Assembly (NCBI GenBank): GCA_030390025.1
Contig: CM059432.1
Coordinates: 15,006,001-15,070,000, forward strand
Reading direction: 5' to 3'
From: Squalus acanthias
Lineage: Eukaryota
DNA: 64,000 bases
The stretch's first letter is position 1. The number at the start of each line of letters is the position of its first letter. Positions 24,020 through 37,135 of the stretch are shown here, one piece after another. Both the position numbers and the translations under genes were made by a program. The notes beneath the pieces were generated by a model that was not told the DNA's origin, did not search any database, and saw nothing but the letters and a program-made list of their open reading frames with translations.

Positions 24020-24370
24020 TTTGGAAAAGATGAAATTTGGAGGTGACCTCATTGAAGTTTTCAAGATTATGAAAATTATCAAACCAAGTTTGATGCCGGC
24101 AAGTTTTTCACTGTTGGTGAAGGGTTCAAGTACCAAAGAATACAGGTCATAAATTAGGAATAAGAAGGGAAGTCAACTGACACATTTCCACCCACAGGAT
24201 ATATAGAGTTGTAGAATAACTTACCAGAGACAGTGACAGAAGCAGGGAATATAGATGGGATCAAGGGATGTACTTCTGGAGAGAGAAGGGAATGAGAGAT
24301 ATGGAGGAAGGTGGATCTTTTGAAAAAGTGACAGGGGTGTTGGGCACAATGTTCCCAAAAATTCTTATGT
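24020..24370 (+). mobile_element. Old, decayed CR1 3' fragment
   Basis: GGDLIEVFKIMK remnant; a similar decayed copy lies at about 29115-29310. Confidence 0.6.
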
Positions 24371-25798
24371 TATTATTGCTTGTATTCGTGGAGCTTAGTC
24401 TTGAATGTTAATTACTCAGAGAAATATTTTCTTTCCTTCATATTAAGCGGTCTTTTCCGCACTGTTATATTTAGAAACAAGGCCTGGCTCTCTCGAATGC
24501 TTGAAGAGTTGTGGCATGCTAAAATGAATAAACAAGCCATAAGAGCACACGGTGTATGGAGAATGCTCATTTATTCATCCTGACAAAGCACAGGCTTAAT
24601 TATAATGTGCGGTACACAATACCAGTGACTGTCCAATTGCCTGGGGCAATGGGAATTAATGACAGGGCGACTAACCTCTTCTCATACTTGTCTGCCTTAA
24701 ATAATCAGCCGTAACATTTAAAATACAAAAAAAAGGAAAGAAAAACAAATTGTTTTCCTGGCTTACAGCAGCAGAGGAAGCAGAGGATTGACATGAGCGC
24801 AGACAGCTACTGCATTCCCTTCCCTGTGCTCATCACAGTGAGGCACTCTAGCAATGGAATTGGATCACACTTCCAACCAGTGTCAGCTTTCAGCACCCCT
24901 GGGCCATACGTAGAACAGCCAGAGGCAGGGCAGATATATGCCCTGCGCCACCCCCCCCCCACCCCCCTAAAAAAAATGTGTCCTAGCAGCCACCTATTTG
25001 ATCTGTTGGAGTGAGCTTGTCAATTTGCTGCCAATTAGCAGGCAGTTGGAGGCTATGGCCTCGTGCCCATTCGGACATTCGTTGCGATTTCTCAGACTTA
25101 ATTCACACAGGACCCGTCGAAGCCGCTCGAAAGAGATTTGAACCCAGGCCCCCCCAGAGGTGAAAAGCAAAGGTGCTAATCAGAACTGCTACTTTCATTG
25201 TGGGCAGGCCCCAGCTGTCTTTTGCGTCCCATCTACCACCTGTCAAGGCTCTTTGCCTTGCAGTGCATGGTACCATGACAGATACAACAGACACACTATC
25301 AAATCTGTCACTCCAGCTGATCAGATTTGAGACTGCACCAGCTGGGTTAGAGGTGAATGATAGTAAAAAAAAAATCATTCTAATTTGTCAGTGCAGCACA
25401 ACACAAATCACATTTTTAAGCACATAGTACTCACATATAGTTTAGGCACAGTTCTAATCACAGTGTAGTCTGCAGAAGGCAGTGTAAAGTCTACATAGCA
25501 AGCATTTTGTGCAATAAATTCCATTAGGAATGCCAGTTGAGACTAGAAATAAACAAGTCTCCCAGCTGTCAAGCAGTCTAGAGAATAAATACGAGGTAGA
25601 CTGTGCCCCAGGTATTATTTTAAGAGTTACGAAATGCAAGAAGAAAGATGTATCTACCCAACAGTGCGTTGTACACAACAAGGATAGTGTACCAACAAGT
25701 TGACTATAGAGTGGTGATAGACTGGCTCATTCCCTATATAATGAATTGCTCAGTTATTGTAAGGGGAGCCACAAAACAGAGACCAGGTGGTTCCTAAT

Positions 25799-26250
25799 GA
25801 AAGAAAGAAAGACTTGCGTTTATATAGCGCCTTTCACGACCACCGGACCTCCCAAAACGCTGTACAGTCAATGAAGTACTTTTGAAGTGTAGTCACTATT
25901 GTAATGTAGGAATCGTGGCAGCCAATTTGTGCACAGCAAGCTCCCACAGACAGTCATGCGACAATGACCAGATAATCCGCTTCAGTGATGTTGATTGAGG
26001 GACAAACACTGGCCAGGACGCCAGGGACAACTCCCCGGCTGTTCCCCGAAACAGTACCATGGGATGTCTTGCATCCACGGGGCCTCGGTTCAACAACCGA
26101 TCCGAAAGACGGCACCTCCGACAGTGCAGCACTCCCTCGGCACAGCACTGGAGTGCCAGCCCAGACCCCCCGTGCTCAAGTCTTGTGGAGCGGGACTTGA
26201 ACCCACAAGCTTCCGACTCAGGCGCAAGGGTGCTACCAACTGAGCCAACT
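25799..26250 (-). mobile_element. Deu-domain (SacSINE1-like) tRNA-derived SINE
   Basis: A-box TGGCTCAGTTGG, B-box GGTTCAAGTCC, conserved body, L2-like tail ggcgctatataaa with (tttc)n. Confidence 0.85.
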
Positions 26251-26251
26251 G

Positions 26252-26636
26252 GCAGGGTGATCAAAAGCTTGGCCAAAGAGGTGGGTTTTGAGGAGGTGGA
26301 GGAGTTTATGGAGGGAATTCCAGATTGTGGGGCCAAGACCGCGGCCAATGGGGGAGGGGGCCGATGCACAAAAGACCAGAGCCAGAGGAATGGACAGTTT
26401 AGGGGGTGTGGTTTGTAGGGCTGAAGGAGGTTACAGAGATTGGGATGGCAAAACCATGAAGATATTTAAACACAAGAACGAGAATTTTAAATTGAAGGCT
26501 TTGGGGAATCGGGAGCCAATGTAGGACAATGGGTAATTTGCCCTCGGTGCCGGATAGGATGGGCGCAGCAGAATGTTGGATGAGCTGATATTTACAGAGG
26601 CTGGAGAATGGGAGGCTGGCCAGAAGAATATGGATT
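26252..26636 (-). mobile_element. Decayed L2 3' fragment
   Basis: LHWLPIPQSLQFKILVLVFKYLHG in ORF 26399-26770. Confidence 0.75.
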
Positions 26637-28154
26637 ACTCCTAATATTGGGATATCACAATACTCATTAACCACCAGCATGCATTTTGTATAGACGGCCC
26701 ATCCCTTCAGGTTATAAAGAGTTGAATGCGCTAAATGGAAGATTTTTAGCTGTATGAACCATTCAAGCATCCAGGTCGCCTTTAAACCTCATTTTGGGCA
26801 TTGAATCCTAATGTTCTCTCGCATTGGTTAATATTTCCCCCATGACTTTATTTGAAGAGAATTTTAATATTCTGCCCAGTGTGAAACTGAGCAGCGCGGA
26901 ACTGGAAATCCTAACTTCAATCTTCTGCCTGTGATGAGCTAGCTGATCTCAGTCGGTGAGCTGTAAGGGTACTTTGATTGGTTTCTGTGTTTCTAAGCTA
27001 GTAAGGAGAAAACCCCCCCAGAATCAGCCAAGTTTTTTTCCATTCAGAATGAGGAGGGAAGGAAGGGTGGGTCACCCTGGATAACTCTCATACGTACATA
27101 GTAACCATCTGAAGGGACTGCAAACATCTGTTTCTGAGCCCTGATGGCAATCAAGTGAGAACTCCAGGATATCAGTCTCCTATTATAATCTGCATCATTT
27201 ACAAAGATCACAAAGGCAAATTTGGTAAGGGAGATGATTCAGCTAGTTCACCCTTCCATAGAAACCCATGCTTCCACTATCACAGCATCTAAGTGGCTCT
27301 TGAATTACTCCAGAGTTTTTTACCTCCATCACCACACCACTAAAAGTATTAATCACTCTTTGCATAATGAAGTTATTCCTGATATTAGTCTTCAACTTGC
27401 CCTTTACCAATCCAGTTTGTACTTATGTCTCCTTGTCCTGCAGTCCTGCTGCAACTTCAAACAGTGCTCGGAATTAATGATTTTTATTCTACTTGATATT
27501 TTATGAACCTCTATAACTCCCCTTCACACTCGCTTCTTTTAATACTCCAACCTTTTCTCCCAACTCAGTCCGCTAATATATTAGGAAACTGCCTTATTGA
27601 CCTTTTCTGCATGGCGTCCAGGTTTTAGATGATTTGCTTATGCCTCAGTACTGACTGCAGTATTGAAGGTATGGTCCGACCAGTGCACTACACAGCTTCA
27701 ACACGATGGCCTCAGAGATAGACCCTGACATTCCTCTTACATGCTGCAGAAATGCTAATTTCCCCAAGTCCAGAGGAGACAAAAAAAGGGCAGCGATCCA
27801 TGATGGCGCTTCTCCACCGCTTTTATGTTGCCCGAGAATTTCCTTGGGGGGGGGGGGGGGGGGGGAGAGGGGAGGAGAATGCTTGCACTTGGAGCCTTTG
27901 AAATGAGGTGACAGGGTCCAACTGCATCTCCCGCCTCATGTTCCTTAAAGTTCTCTGTGCAGGCAACTCATTTACAGGTCACCCAAAGAAGTTGGTGTAG
28001 ACTTTGTGCTAGCCACTCTCAGATCATAGAATCTTAGTGAAGCAGGCAATTAGGCTGTGGGTGAGCCTCAAAAAAGTGAACACAAGCTTTTTATTTTTAG
28101 TTTTCCAATGTATCATCGGGGCTGGAGGCCTTCTGCCAAGTGGGTGAGATGATG

Positions 28155-28640
28155 CGGAAAAGATTAACAAGAATGGTTCCAGGGATGAGGAATTCCAGTT
28201 ACTTGGATAGACTGGGGAAGCTGGGGTTGTTCTCCTTCGAGCAGAGAAGATTGAGAGGAGATTTGATAGAGGTGTTCAAAATAATGAGGGGTCTAGACAG
28301 AGTAGATAGAGAGAAACTGTTCCCATTAGCGGAAGGGTCGAGAACCAGAGGACACAGATTTAAGGTGATTGGCAGAAGAACCAAAGGCGACATGAGGAAA
28401 AACTTTTTGTACGCAGCGAGTGGTTAGGATCTGGAATGCATTGCCTGAAAGGGTGGTGGAGGCAGATTCAAATCATGGCTTTCAAAAGGGAATTGGATAA
28501 GTATCTGAAGGAAAAAAATTTGCAGGGCTACGGGGAAAGGGCGGGGGACTGGGACGAGCTGAAGTGCTCTTGCAGAGAGCCGGCATGGGCTCGACCATCC
28601 GAATGGCCTCCTACTGTGCTGTAACCATTCTATGATTCTA
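28155..28640 (+). mobile_element. CR1 3' fragment
   Basis: RLGKLGLFSFEQRRLRGDLIEVFKIMRG...TRGHRFK; attctatg tail. Confidence 0.9.
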
Positions 28641-29739
28641 TAAGTGTTTTTGGACAACAGCCAGATGGCCTCATAGCTAGCAGCCATCAATGCAGACCTC
28701 CACCCACGGAATGTTGGGCTGTGCAAATGGCCTGATCCCAGAAATCCAGATGAGTTCAGGTTATGTCAGTTGGAGCACACTTCAGATGTGCTCTTGTCTG
28801 GCCTGCACCCAGATTTGGGGTGGGGGGGTGGAAGAAAATCGGGACCATCATCTATTGATTCGGCAATATAGCTCAACGTATGTTTACTTTGCATTTATTC
28901 AACTCCCCCCCTCGCACCAATCAGCTGTATTCTATATATATATAAACTATGGTCCCAATAACACCATGGAGCTGTGGTGTTCCATGGGATATTTGATCAG
29001 CTGTCTATACTTCGCTTTGTAACCTTCAACCCAGTCCTTAGCCAAATAGTTACCAGCTTCTTTTTAAAGGAATTGATTGACCACGCGTGATCTATTTTAG
29101 GTGGTCTCTTCCGAAATGAGGAAAGTAGGTGGTCACCTAATTGAAGTTTTCCTGAGTATGAACGAGATTAACAAATCTGACCCAAGCAAATTGTTCAGTG
29201 TGGTGAAGGATTCAAGTACCAGGGGGACACCGTTTATAAATCGACAGTAAGAGGGGAAGTTAACTAGAACATTTTCACCTGCAGAAGATATAGAGTTGTG
29301 GAATCAGGAAAGGTAATGGAGTCCATTCCACAAATCTACTATTCTGCGAGGAAAAAAATCTGTTAATTTCTTGTGCATTTTGGAATATTAAAAAAAATGT
29401 CAAGGATGGGAAAAGTCCAATCAAACAATGAAGATCATCCCTTGAGAACATTAACACTCCCATCATTGCTGTCGAATTGTATTTTGAATAACCCCAATGT
29501 TTTTTGTCCCTATTACCTTGCTTGGTAGGTTATTCCAAACAGTTCTCACTCTTTGACTAATTAAGTTTCCCTGGTGTTTGTCCTAAATCTATTTTTTACT
29601 CATTTGATATCACTGATATGCTAATAGGCGGAGATGAAATAGGGTGGGAGGAGGCTCGTGTGGAGCATAAACACTGGCACAGACCAGTTGGGCCGAATGG
29701 GTCTGTTTCCGTGCTGTAATTTCTGTGTAATTCTATGTA

Positions 29740-30152
29740 CAGGAAACTTTCGTTTATCCGGCATCGACAGGACCGGCGTGGTGCCGGTTTATCGAAAGTA
29801 CCGGATAACAGAGAGTTATATCTACCGAGGCTATTTTTAACAAAGAGACTCCAAGCAGCACGGGAGAATCTATTCAAGCTACTGCAATGTTTCGGACTTG
29901 CGACAGCGCCAGGAGGCCGAGTAGTGGCACTTTTGAAAAGTACCCCATCTGACTAAATCGGCGTTCGCGGACTCGGGATCGGCAACATTGCCGGTTATTT
30001 GAGAGGATTTTTCGGAGCACTCGGCGTTCGCGGAGACTCGACTGCGACTCGGCAACATTGCCGGTTATTTGAGAGGAGTTTTCGGAGGATAATTTTTGCC
30101 GGTTAAGCGAGAATTCCGGATATTTGGGTGCCGGATAAACAAAAGTTTCCTG
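29740..30152. mobile_element. Tc1/mariner-superfamily (pogo/Tigger-like) MITE, 413 bp
   Basis: 24-bp TIRs CAGGAAACTTTCGTTTATCCGGCA / TGCCGGATAAACAAAAGTTTCCTG (23/24) with TA on both sides. Confidence 0.9.
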
Positions 30153-30485
30153 TAATTTCCATTGATGCCCACTGGTTCCAATTTCTTGGTGTACTTTGAA
30201 GTAATAATCTGGGTTTTCCTTCTTCAGACCATTTAATATTTTCTATACATCACCCCTCAACAACCTTCTTTTTCCACTGTAAAACTTAAACTTCTGTCAT
30301 CTTTAAGCTCATTCCCTTTACACTCAGATTCAATCTGACCTTTTTTGGTGTCCCTTTTTAATGCAAGCATATTTTTTGTGACATGGCAATCAGAAGTGAC
30401 ACACAGTCGGGGCTGATTCCCCAATCAGGCACTCCCAGCGAGACATGGCGCTCGCAGGATCCATCACAGGCCCATGGCCTCCAAT

Positions 30486-31056
30486 TTTGTACAGGGCCTT
30501 GGTGAGGCCACACCTGGAGTATTGTGTGCAGTTTTGGTCTCCTAACTTGAGGAAGGACATTCTTGCTATTGAGGGAGTGCAACGAAGGTTCACTAGATTG
30601 ATTCCTGGGATGGCCAGACTGACATATCAACTGAACTTGTATCCTCTGGAGTTCAGAAGAATGAGGGGGGATCTTATAGAGACGTTTAAAATCCTGACTG
30701 GTTTAGACAAATTAGATGCAGGCAGAATGTTTCCAATGTTAGGGGAAACTAAAACCAGGGGTCACAGTCTAAGGATAAAGGGGAAGCCATTTAAGACTGA
30801 GATGAGGAGGAACTTCTTCACCCAGAGAGTGGTGAATCTGTGGAATTCTCTACCACAGAAGGTTGTTGAGGCCAGTTCGCTAAATATATTCAAAAGGGAG
30901 TTAGATATAATACTCACAACTAGGGGGATCAAGGGGTATGGCGAGAAAGCAGGAATGGGGTACTGAGGTAGCATGTTCAGCCATGAACGCATTGAATGGC
31001 GGTGCAGGCTCGAAGTACCAAATGGTCTACTCCTGCACCTATTTTCTATGTTTCTA
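30486..31056 (+). mobile_element. CR1 3' fragment with open frame
   Basis: LYRALVRPHLEYCVQFWSP...RGDLIETFKI...GIKGYG; tttctatg tail. Confidence 0.92.
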
Positions 31057-32247
31057 TTAATTTTACCTCCGCTCATTTAAACTAACAGAAAATCAGAGGC
31101 TTTGGACCAGTCATTGCCTGGCCTGTGCTCCCTTCAAACACCACTCCTGACAGGACTGCTCAATTGGGGAATCGGGCTAAGAGTGGGGGGAAAAAAGCGA
31201 AAAACTGCTGGAAATTTGAAACAAAAATAGAAATTGGTGGGAATACACAGCAGGTTAGCCAGTGTCGGTGGAGTGAGCAGACAGGTGGAGGTTTTGGGTA
31301 GGGTCTTGGATATTTTAATGGAATTAGAAAAAAGTGGAGGGGAGGGGGAAAAAATCCAATTAAAGAGAGACACTAGTGCAGAAAGTTCTGGAAGACTGGC
31401 ATTCGCAATGGAGAAATCATTATGGGTTCAGCTGTGGTGGTTGATCTTTCTTGCTTGATACAGGCCTGGCAGTCCCATTGTGTTTTGTCAGCATTTTCTG
31501 TCTTAATTTCAGAGCTGCACTGACAATCTTGCTGGCCTTTTTCTCGATGTTCCCCCATTTTCTCACCTTTGTCCCTGGGTGTCTTTGTTTATTTGCATAT
31601 TCTTTTTCTTTAACGCTTTCTCCGACTGCCTGACTGCAATGATCTTTTATACCATCCCGCTTTTAAACAGACTGCAGGTTAGTCAACCTATTAATCCCAC
31701 CTCAGTACCTCCCCACTTTTTTTCCTAATTCTACTCCAATGTTTGCCCTGTCTTTCAGTCTTCAGTTCTAAAGAAGGATCCTGCCTGAAATGCCAACCTG
31801 CCTTTTCTCTCTATGATCACAGACTGGCCTGCTGTGTCTTTCTCATATTTTCTCTTCTTGTTCCAGTAGAACAATTGATCAGACGTGTGGTCTGATCAAT
31901 GAACTGTAAAGCTTTAGTACAAATTCTGTAACATTATATTCTGGTCACCTAAACAAACTATTTCACAGAGAGTGCCACTACTGGCTGCTTCCTATTATGT
32001 TTTTATTCCCATGCAAGTTCTCCTCCAGCCTTCACTTTGAAAGAGATTCTACTATTTTACTTATTATTGACGTTAAGCTAATAGGTTTGCAGTTGTCTGG
32101 GTCAGCCCTTTATATATATTTTTGTCTGCTTCCAGTCTTGCAGAATCTCTATGGTGCTCAGTGATTTTTCCATAATAATAACTGTCACTCCACAAATTTC
32201 CTCCTTCAGCACCTAGGATATATCCAAATTGCCCCTAGAATATGTTA

Positions 32248-32700
32248 AAAAGAAAAGACTTGCACTTATATAGCGCCTTTCACAACCACCGGACGTCTCA
32301 AAGCGCTTTACAGTCAATTAAGTACTTTTGAAGTGTAGTCACTGTTGTAATGTGGGAAACGCAGCAGCCAATTTGCACACAACAAGCTTCCACAAACAGC
32401 AATGTGATAATGACCAGATAATCTGTTTTTGTTATGTTGGTTGAGGGATAAATATTGGCCAGGACACCAGGGATAACTCCCCGGCTCTTCTTCGAAATAG
32501 TGCCGTGGGATCTTTTACGTCCACCTAAGAGGGCAGACGGGGCCTCGGTTTGACGTCTCATCCGAAAGATGGCACCTCCGACAGTGCAGCACTCCCTCAG
32601 CACTGAACTGGAGTGTCAGCCTAGCTTTAATGTGGGTTCAAGTCCCACTCCCACAACCTTCTGACTCAGAGGCGAGTGTGCTACCCACTGAGCTGACACT
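32248..32700 (-). mobile_element. Deu-domain (SacSINE1-like) SINE
   Basis: Collinear with 25799-26250 and the reverse complement of 49099-49562. Confidence 0.85.
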
Positions 32701-33177
32701 TAAGTTAGCCTTAAGTTCCCTTAATTTACCATGTACATCTTTCCTATGATGTGCTCATTGTGAGTTTCCTGTGAACAACCAATAATCGTATCGAAACCTT
32801 TCCTTTTCATTCTCGGCAATGGAGCTTCATCCCTTGCTTTACATAGAATTAAATAGTATTTATAGCACAGAAACAGGCCATTCGGCCCAACAGATCTATG
32901 CCGGTGTTTAGACTCCACACCTGCTTCCTCCCACCTTGGGATTGGATTGTCTACATCTCTTCTGCTCCAATGTAAAATACTATACCATCAATTTTCCCTA
33001 AGTTGTTGATGATGTAAAGACAATGGGACCTAAATGCAATCTTTCGCAATGCAATGGTGGCCATAACACTGCTAACTTCATCACCACTGCGCCCGTTTCA
33101 CGCCTGAAGAGCAGGCGCAGCAATGTCAAATTTAGATCCGGATTTCTTTGCGTTCTCCAAAATAATAAAGCCTAGTT

Positions 33178-33610
33178 AGAATCATAGAAATTTATGGCAC
33201 AGAAGGAAGCCATTCGGCCCATTGTGTCTGTGCTGGCCAAAAAAGAGCTATCCGGCCTCATCCCACTATCCAGCTCTTGGTCCGTAGCCCTCTACGTTAC
33301 TCAAGTGCATATCCAAGTACTTTTTAAATGCGATGAGGGTTTCTGCCTCTACCACCCTTTCAGGCAGTGAGTTCCAGACCCCCACCACCCTCTGGGTGAA
33401 AAAAGCTCTCCTCAACTCCCCTCGAATCCTTCTACCAATTACTTTAAATCTATGCCCCCTGGTTATTGACCTCACTGTTAAGGGAAATAGGTCCTTCCTA
33501 TCCACTCTATCTAGGCCCCTCATCATTTTATACACCTCAAAGTAAGTCTCCCCTCAGCCTCCTCTGTTCCAAAGAAAACAACCCCAGCCTATCCAATCTT
33601 TCCTCATAGT
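33178..33610 (-). mobile_element. CR1 3' fragment
   Basis: YKMMRGLDRVDRKDLFP...FFTQRVVGVWNSLP. Confidence 0.9.
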
Positions 33611-34178
33611 TCATCAACATAAAGCATTAACGAGCATCAGCAAGTAATCGCTTGTTAACCAAAGGAATTTCAGCAAGTATATTTATTATACCCCAGGGAC
33701 AGCTCAACAAAGAAATATCATCAACAACATGGTGGCCCACTGACACTGCTATGAGATTAGAGGAACATAGTGACATTGTAATGTGCACTCAGATAGTCAG
33801 ACACAACAGCACTAGAGAACTAATATGGAGATAATTCTAAAACATTAAGCAGGTCCTTAATATAGTGCTTCTTTATTACTGCACTACATCAATGCTCAGA
33901 TATCGCTGCCCTCAACCAATGCTGCCGGCAGCATGGTGTTTTCAAGTACATGTTCACTAATGGCTTGGTTAATTGTTTTGCTTGCATCAATTAAACAATC
34001 AATTTGGTACATTCCAAACATCACAAATATTTAAACCGTTCTCACAGCGCAATAAAAAAAAATGATCAGCTAGTCTCACAAAATACTTCAATTTCAGGGG
34101 AAAACATCACACTGCTTATAGCTGCTTAGGGATAGTCCGTTTGATATCACAGCTCAGCCGAAACAAAAACGGATTTGG

Positions 34179-35752
34179 TGTAAGATTCTCAAAATTCACA
34201 GATCCCGCAAAACTCGGAGAAAAACCCTAAAGAAAAAGAACTTTGGACTCTTTTCTAACCACTTCAGGGTGATAAAATGTATTGGGCCTAACAGAGGGAG
34301 ATTCAAGGTCAAAAACCAAGTTTTGGTATTTTAAAAAGGCATGTTTGGGCTTGTAAAGGAAAAAGGCTGCAACAGGAGTTGGGCTCAACCTCTGTGATAG
34401 ACGGTTTGAGTATTGGAGTAAATCAAACTGTCTGGGGAACTGTTTAACGTCACTCAGCCCCTATCAGACAATTTACATTCTAACAATAGACCCACGGAAG
34501 AGCAGTCCCCACCCAAATTACAAGACCCATCCAAAACATGCATAAAACAAATCACCTAGCCCCACTCCATAGAAATCTCAGGCCCAGTCAGGAAACTCAA
34601 AACCTGAGCACAATGACTACAATCAAGAAAGAGCTCAACAGCTCATGGAACCATCCCGAAACCATTTCACACATTCATAAACAAGTTACTGTTAACGAGC
34701 CTGCCAAAATCTTACAATAAACCGGGACTGATTTGGCGCGCAGATTAGGAGGCGTCAATTAGTATAATTGGAGGCCTGCTTTTCTCAAGGAGAGTGGAGC
34801 AGTTACACAGTTACAACAATCAGGAGGTCATCGAGTTCGAAGAAGTTCACCGTTCTAGAAGCAGGTCAACACACAAGAAGAGACCAGAGCAACAGTTCCA
34901 GTGACCATCAGACACCTCGCGGCAACAAGGGCCTTACGAAACAACCAACCGAATATTACCACCAACCAACCGGGTAATATTGGGCCACCGCGACCAAAGA
35001 AAACCAACTCGGGAGAAAACCGAAGACTCGCAAGTTTTCCACTCTGCAATCTATTCCTGACTTACCCCTGGGTAAGATTTTTACTCAAAAGACTCTGAAC
35101 CCTAACTCTAACCGAAGAAAAGTGGGTACTCACCCGATACATCCAATACACTCCCTACCGCATCAGCGGACTCGCGAAGACTGACCAGACACGCAGTCGA
35201 AGTCCTCTACCGCGTCCGGGGTACGGCAGGCACCAACCAACACATCCAGCGAACCCCGAAACCGCGAACCAGCTCAACTGTCAAGGATTCGTTTGGTGAG
35301 CATTATCCCTGGTCCTCTATTTACTTCACCTGAGGAAGGGGCAATCGATAGCTCCGAAAGCTTGTGATTTCAAATAAAACTGTTGGACTATAACCTGGTG
35401 TTGTGCGACCTCTCAATTTTGTCCACCCCAGTCCAACACCGGCATCTCCGCATCATGACCTCTAGAGCCCAACTTAGCTCGTAAAGTGGGATTGGGAGGG
35501 GTGAGGTATTTTTCTACTGTAATTTCCCTCGTGTGTATCGAAGTGTTCCCCATTTTATTGGAGTGTTAAGATTGTTGTGTTATATTTTCTCTCTTGAATA
35601 AAGATCAAAGTTTCTTGCACCAAAACCAGTTGTCTGCTGCACTTTTTGTCACAACCCCCAAATAAGTCCAAGGTCTAGAATCAAGGGAGTGGGAGCGATT
35701 CGAACCGCTCATAAGTCAGAGGTGAAGCTGACACACACCACCACCCCCTACA
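34179..35752 (+). mobile_element. Possible long solo LTR, about 1.43 kb without the insert
   Basis: TGTAAG...CCTACA termini; flanks ttgg / ctgg (3/4); TATAAT near 34764 and AATAAA near 35597; A/C-rich 5' part and T-rich 3' part. Confidence 0.5.
35326..35367 (+). ncRNA. Minimal type I hammerhead ribozyme motif, family B
   Basis: tcac-CTGAGGA-a ggggc aatcgata gctcc-GAAA-gctt-gtga, inside a 139-bp insert (35320-35458) flanked by cctcta at 35314-35319 and 35459-35464. Confidence 0.8.
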
Positions 35753-36529
35753 CTGGCGAGTTGCATTTGAAGTTTTAGAAAGTGCTCTTTATCGTTTGTT
35801 TTGCAACAGTAATAAAAGGCAAGAGTTGAATGAAGCTGAACAGAACTGAGCCTTCCTTTTTTGTTGGTGTCAGTACAATGACCGATGGTTGGCATACATT
35901 ATATCTGTTATTATGATGAACGGAGACGTGGAAAGTAATAGATAACCAAGTACTTGAATGTACTTTGAAGCAACGGTTTCTAATGAATATTTCTTGCCAA
36001 GTATTTTGCATAACTACCCACTAGGTACAGCCACAATTAACATTGGATAATTGTGTCATTAGTCAGTCTCACGATGTTATGGTGTGGTGTGCCAATAGCG
36101 CAGACTAATAAATGGGGTCTTTACCATGTGACTGGCAGCTCAGACCACTCAATATCATATTTTGTCAGCTAATTTAAAATTAATGCCATAGCACTGGCAT
36201 CCATCATAGAGTTTTGAAAGTTATAGCATTGGGAAAACCGTATGAAAACTCTGATGAAAATAACTTTCTGTTGAAAAATGTATTTTGTTATCTGGCTACT
36301 TTTATGACCTTCTAGGTTATGATATTCACGTTGCACAATAAGGATGATGTAACTCCGCAATGACTCAAGGCCCTGCCCTGTGAAACTCAGTCATATGGAA
36401 GAGGCAGGTCCCAGTTCAATCCCTGGCCCATGTTGCATTGATCGATCTCAGCCAGGGACTGCAATTGGCCTTAGTGCCCCTGGACTACGGAAAGGAAGAA
36501 TCGATCAAGATCCTGCTTCTGATTGCTAT

Positions 36530-37135
36530 CATAGAATCATAGAATAGTACAGCACAGAAGGAGGCCATTTGGCCCATCGAGTCTGCACCGGCTCTTTCGA
36601 AGAGCAATCCGGTTAGTCCCACTCCCCGGCTCTTTCCCCAGATCCCTGTAATTGTTTCTCCTTCAAGTATTTATCCAATTCCCTTTTGAAAGCTATTATT
36701 GAATCGGTTTCCACCACCCTATCAGGCAGTGCATCCCAAATCCTAACCACTCGTTGCATAAAAAAGTTTCCCCTCGTGTCGCCTCATGTTCTTTTGCCAA
36801 TCACCTTAAATCTGTGACCTCTGGTTATCGACCCTTCAGCCATTGGAAACAGTTTCTCTTTATTTACTCTATCTAAACTCTTCATGATTTTGAACACCTC
36901 TATCAAATCTCCTCTTAGTCTTCTCTGCCCTAAGGAGAACAAGCTCAGCTTCTCTAGTCTATCCACGTAACTGTAATCCCTGGAACCATTCTAGTAAATC
37001 TCTTCTGTACCCTCTCCAAAGCCTTCATGTGCTTCCTAAATTGTGGTGCCCAGAATTGGACACAATGTTCCAGCTGGGGCTGAACTAGTGTTTTATAAAG
37101 GTTCAGCATGACTTCCTGGCTTTTGTACTCTATGC
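36530..37135 (-). mobile_element. CR1 3' fragment inserted in an old SINE copy
   Basis: LYKTLVQPQLEHCVQFWAP and RRLRGDLIEVFKIMK; SINE body on both sides (about 36370-36530 and 37140-37350). Confidence 0.88.

Noticed and set aside
24523..24578. Imperfect hairpin (atgaataaa...tttattcat) as a pre-miRNA
   Set aside because: Only 9 contiguous pairs with large bulges; not enough without expression data.
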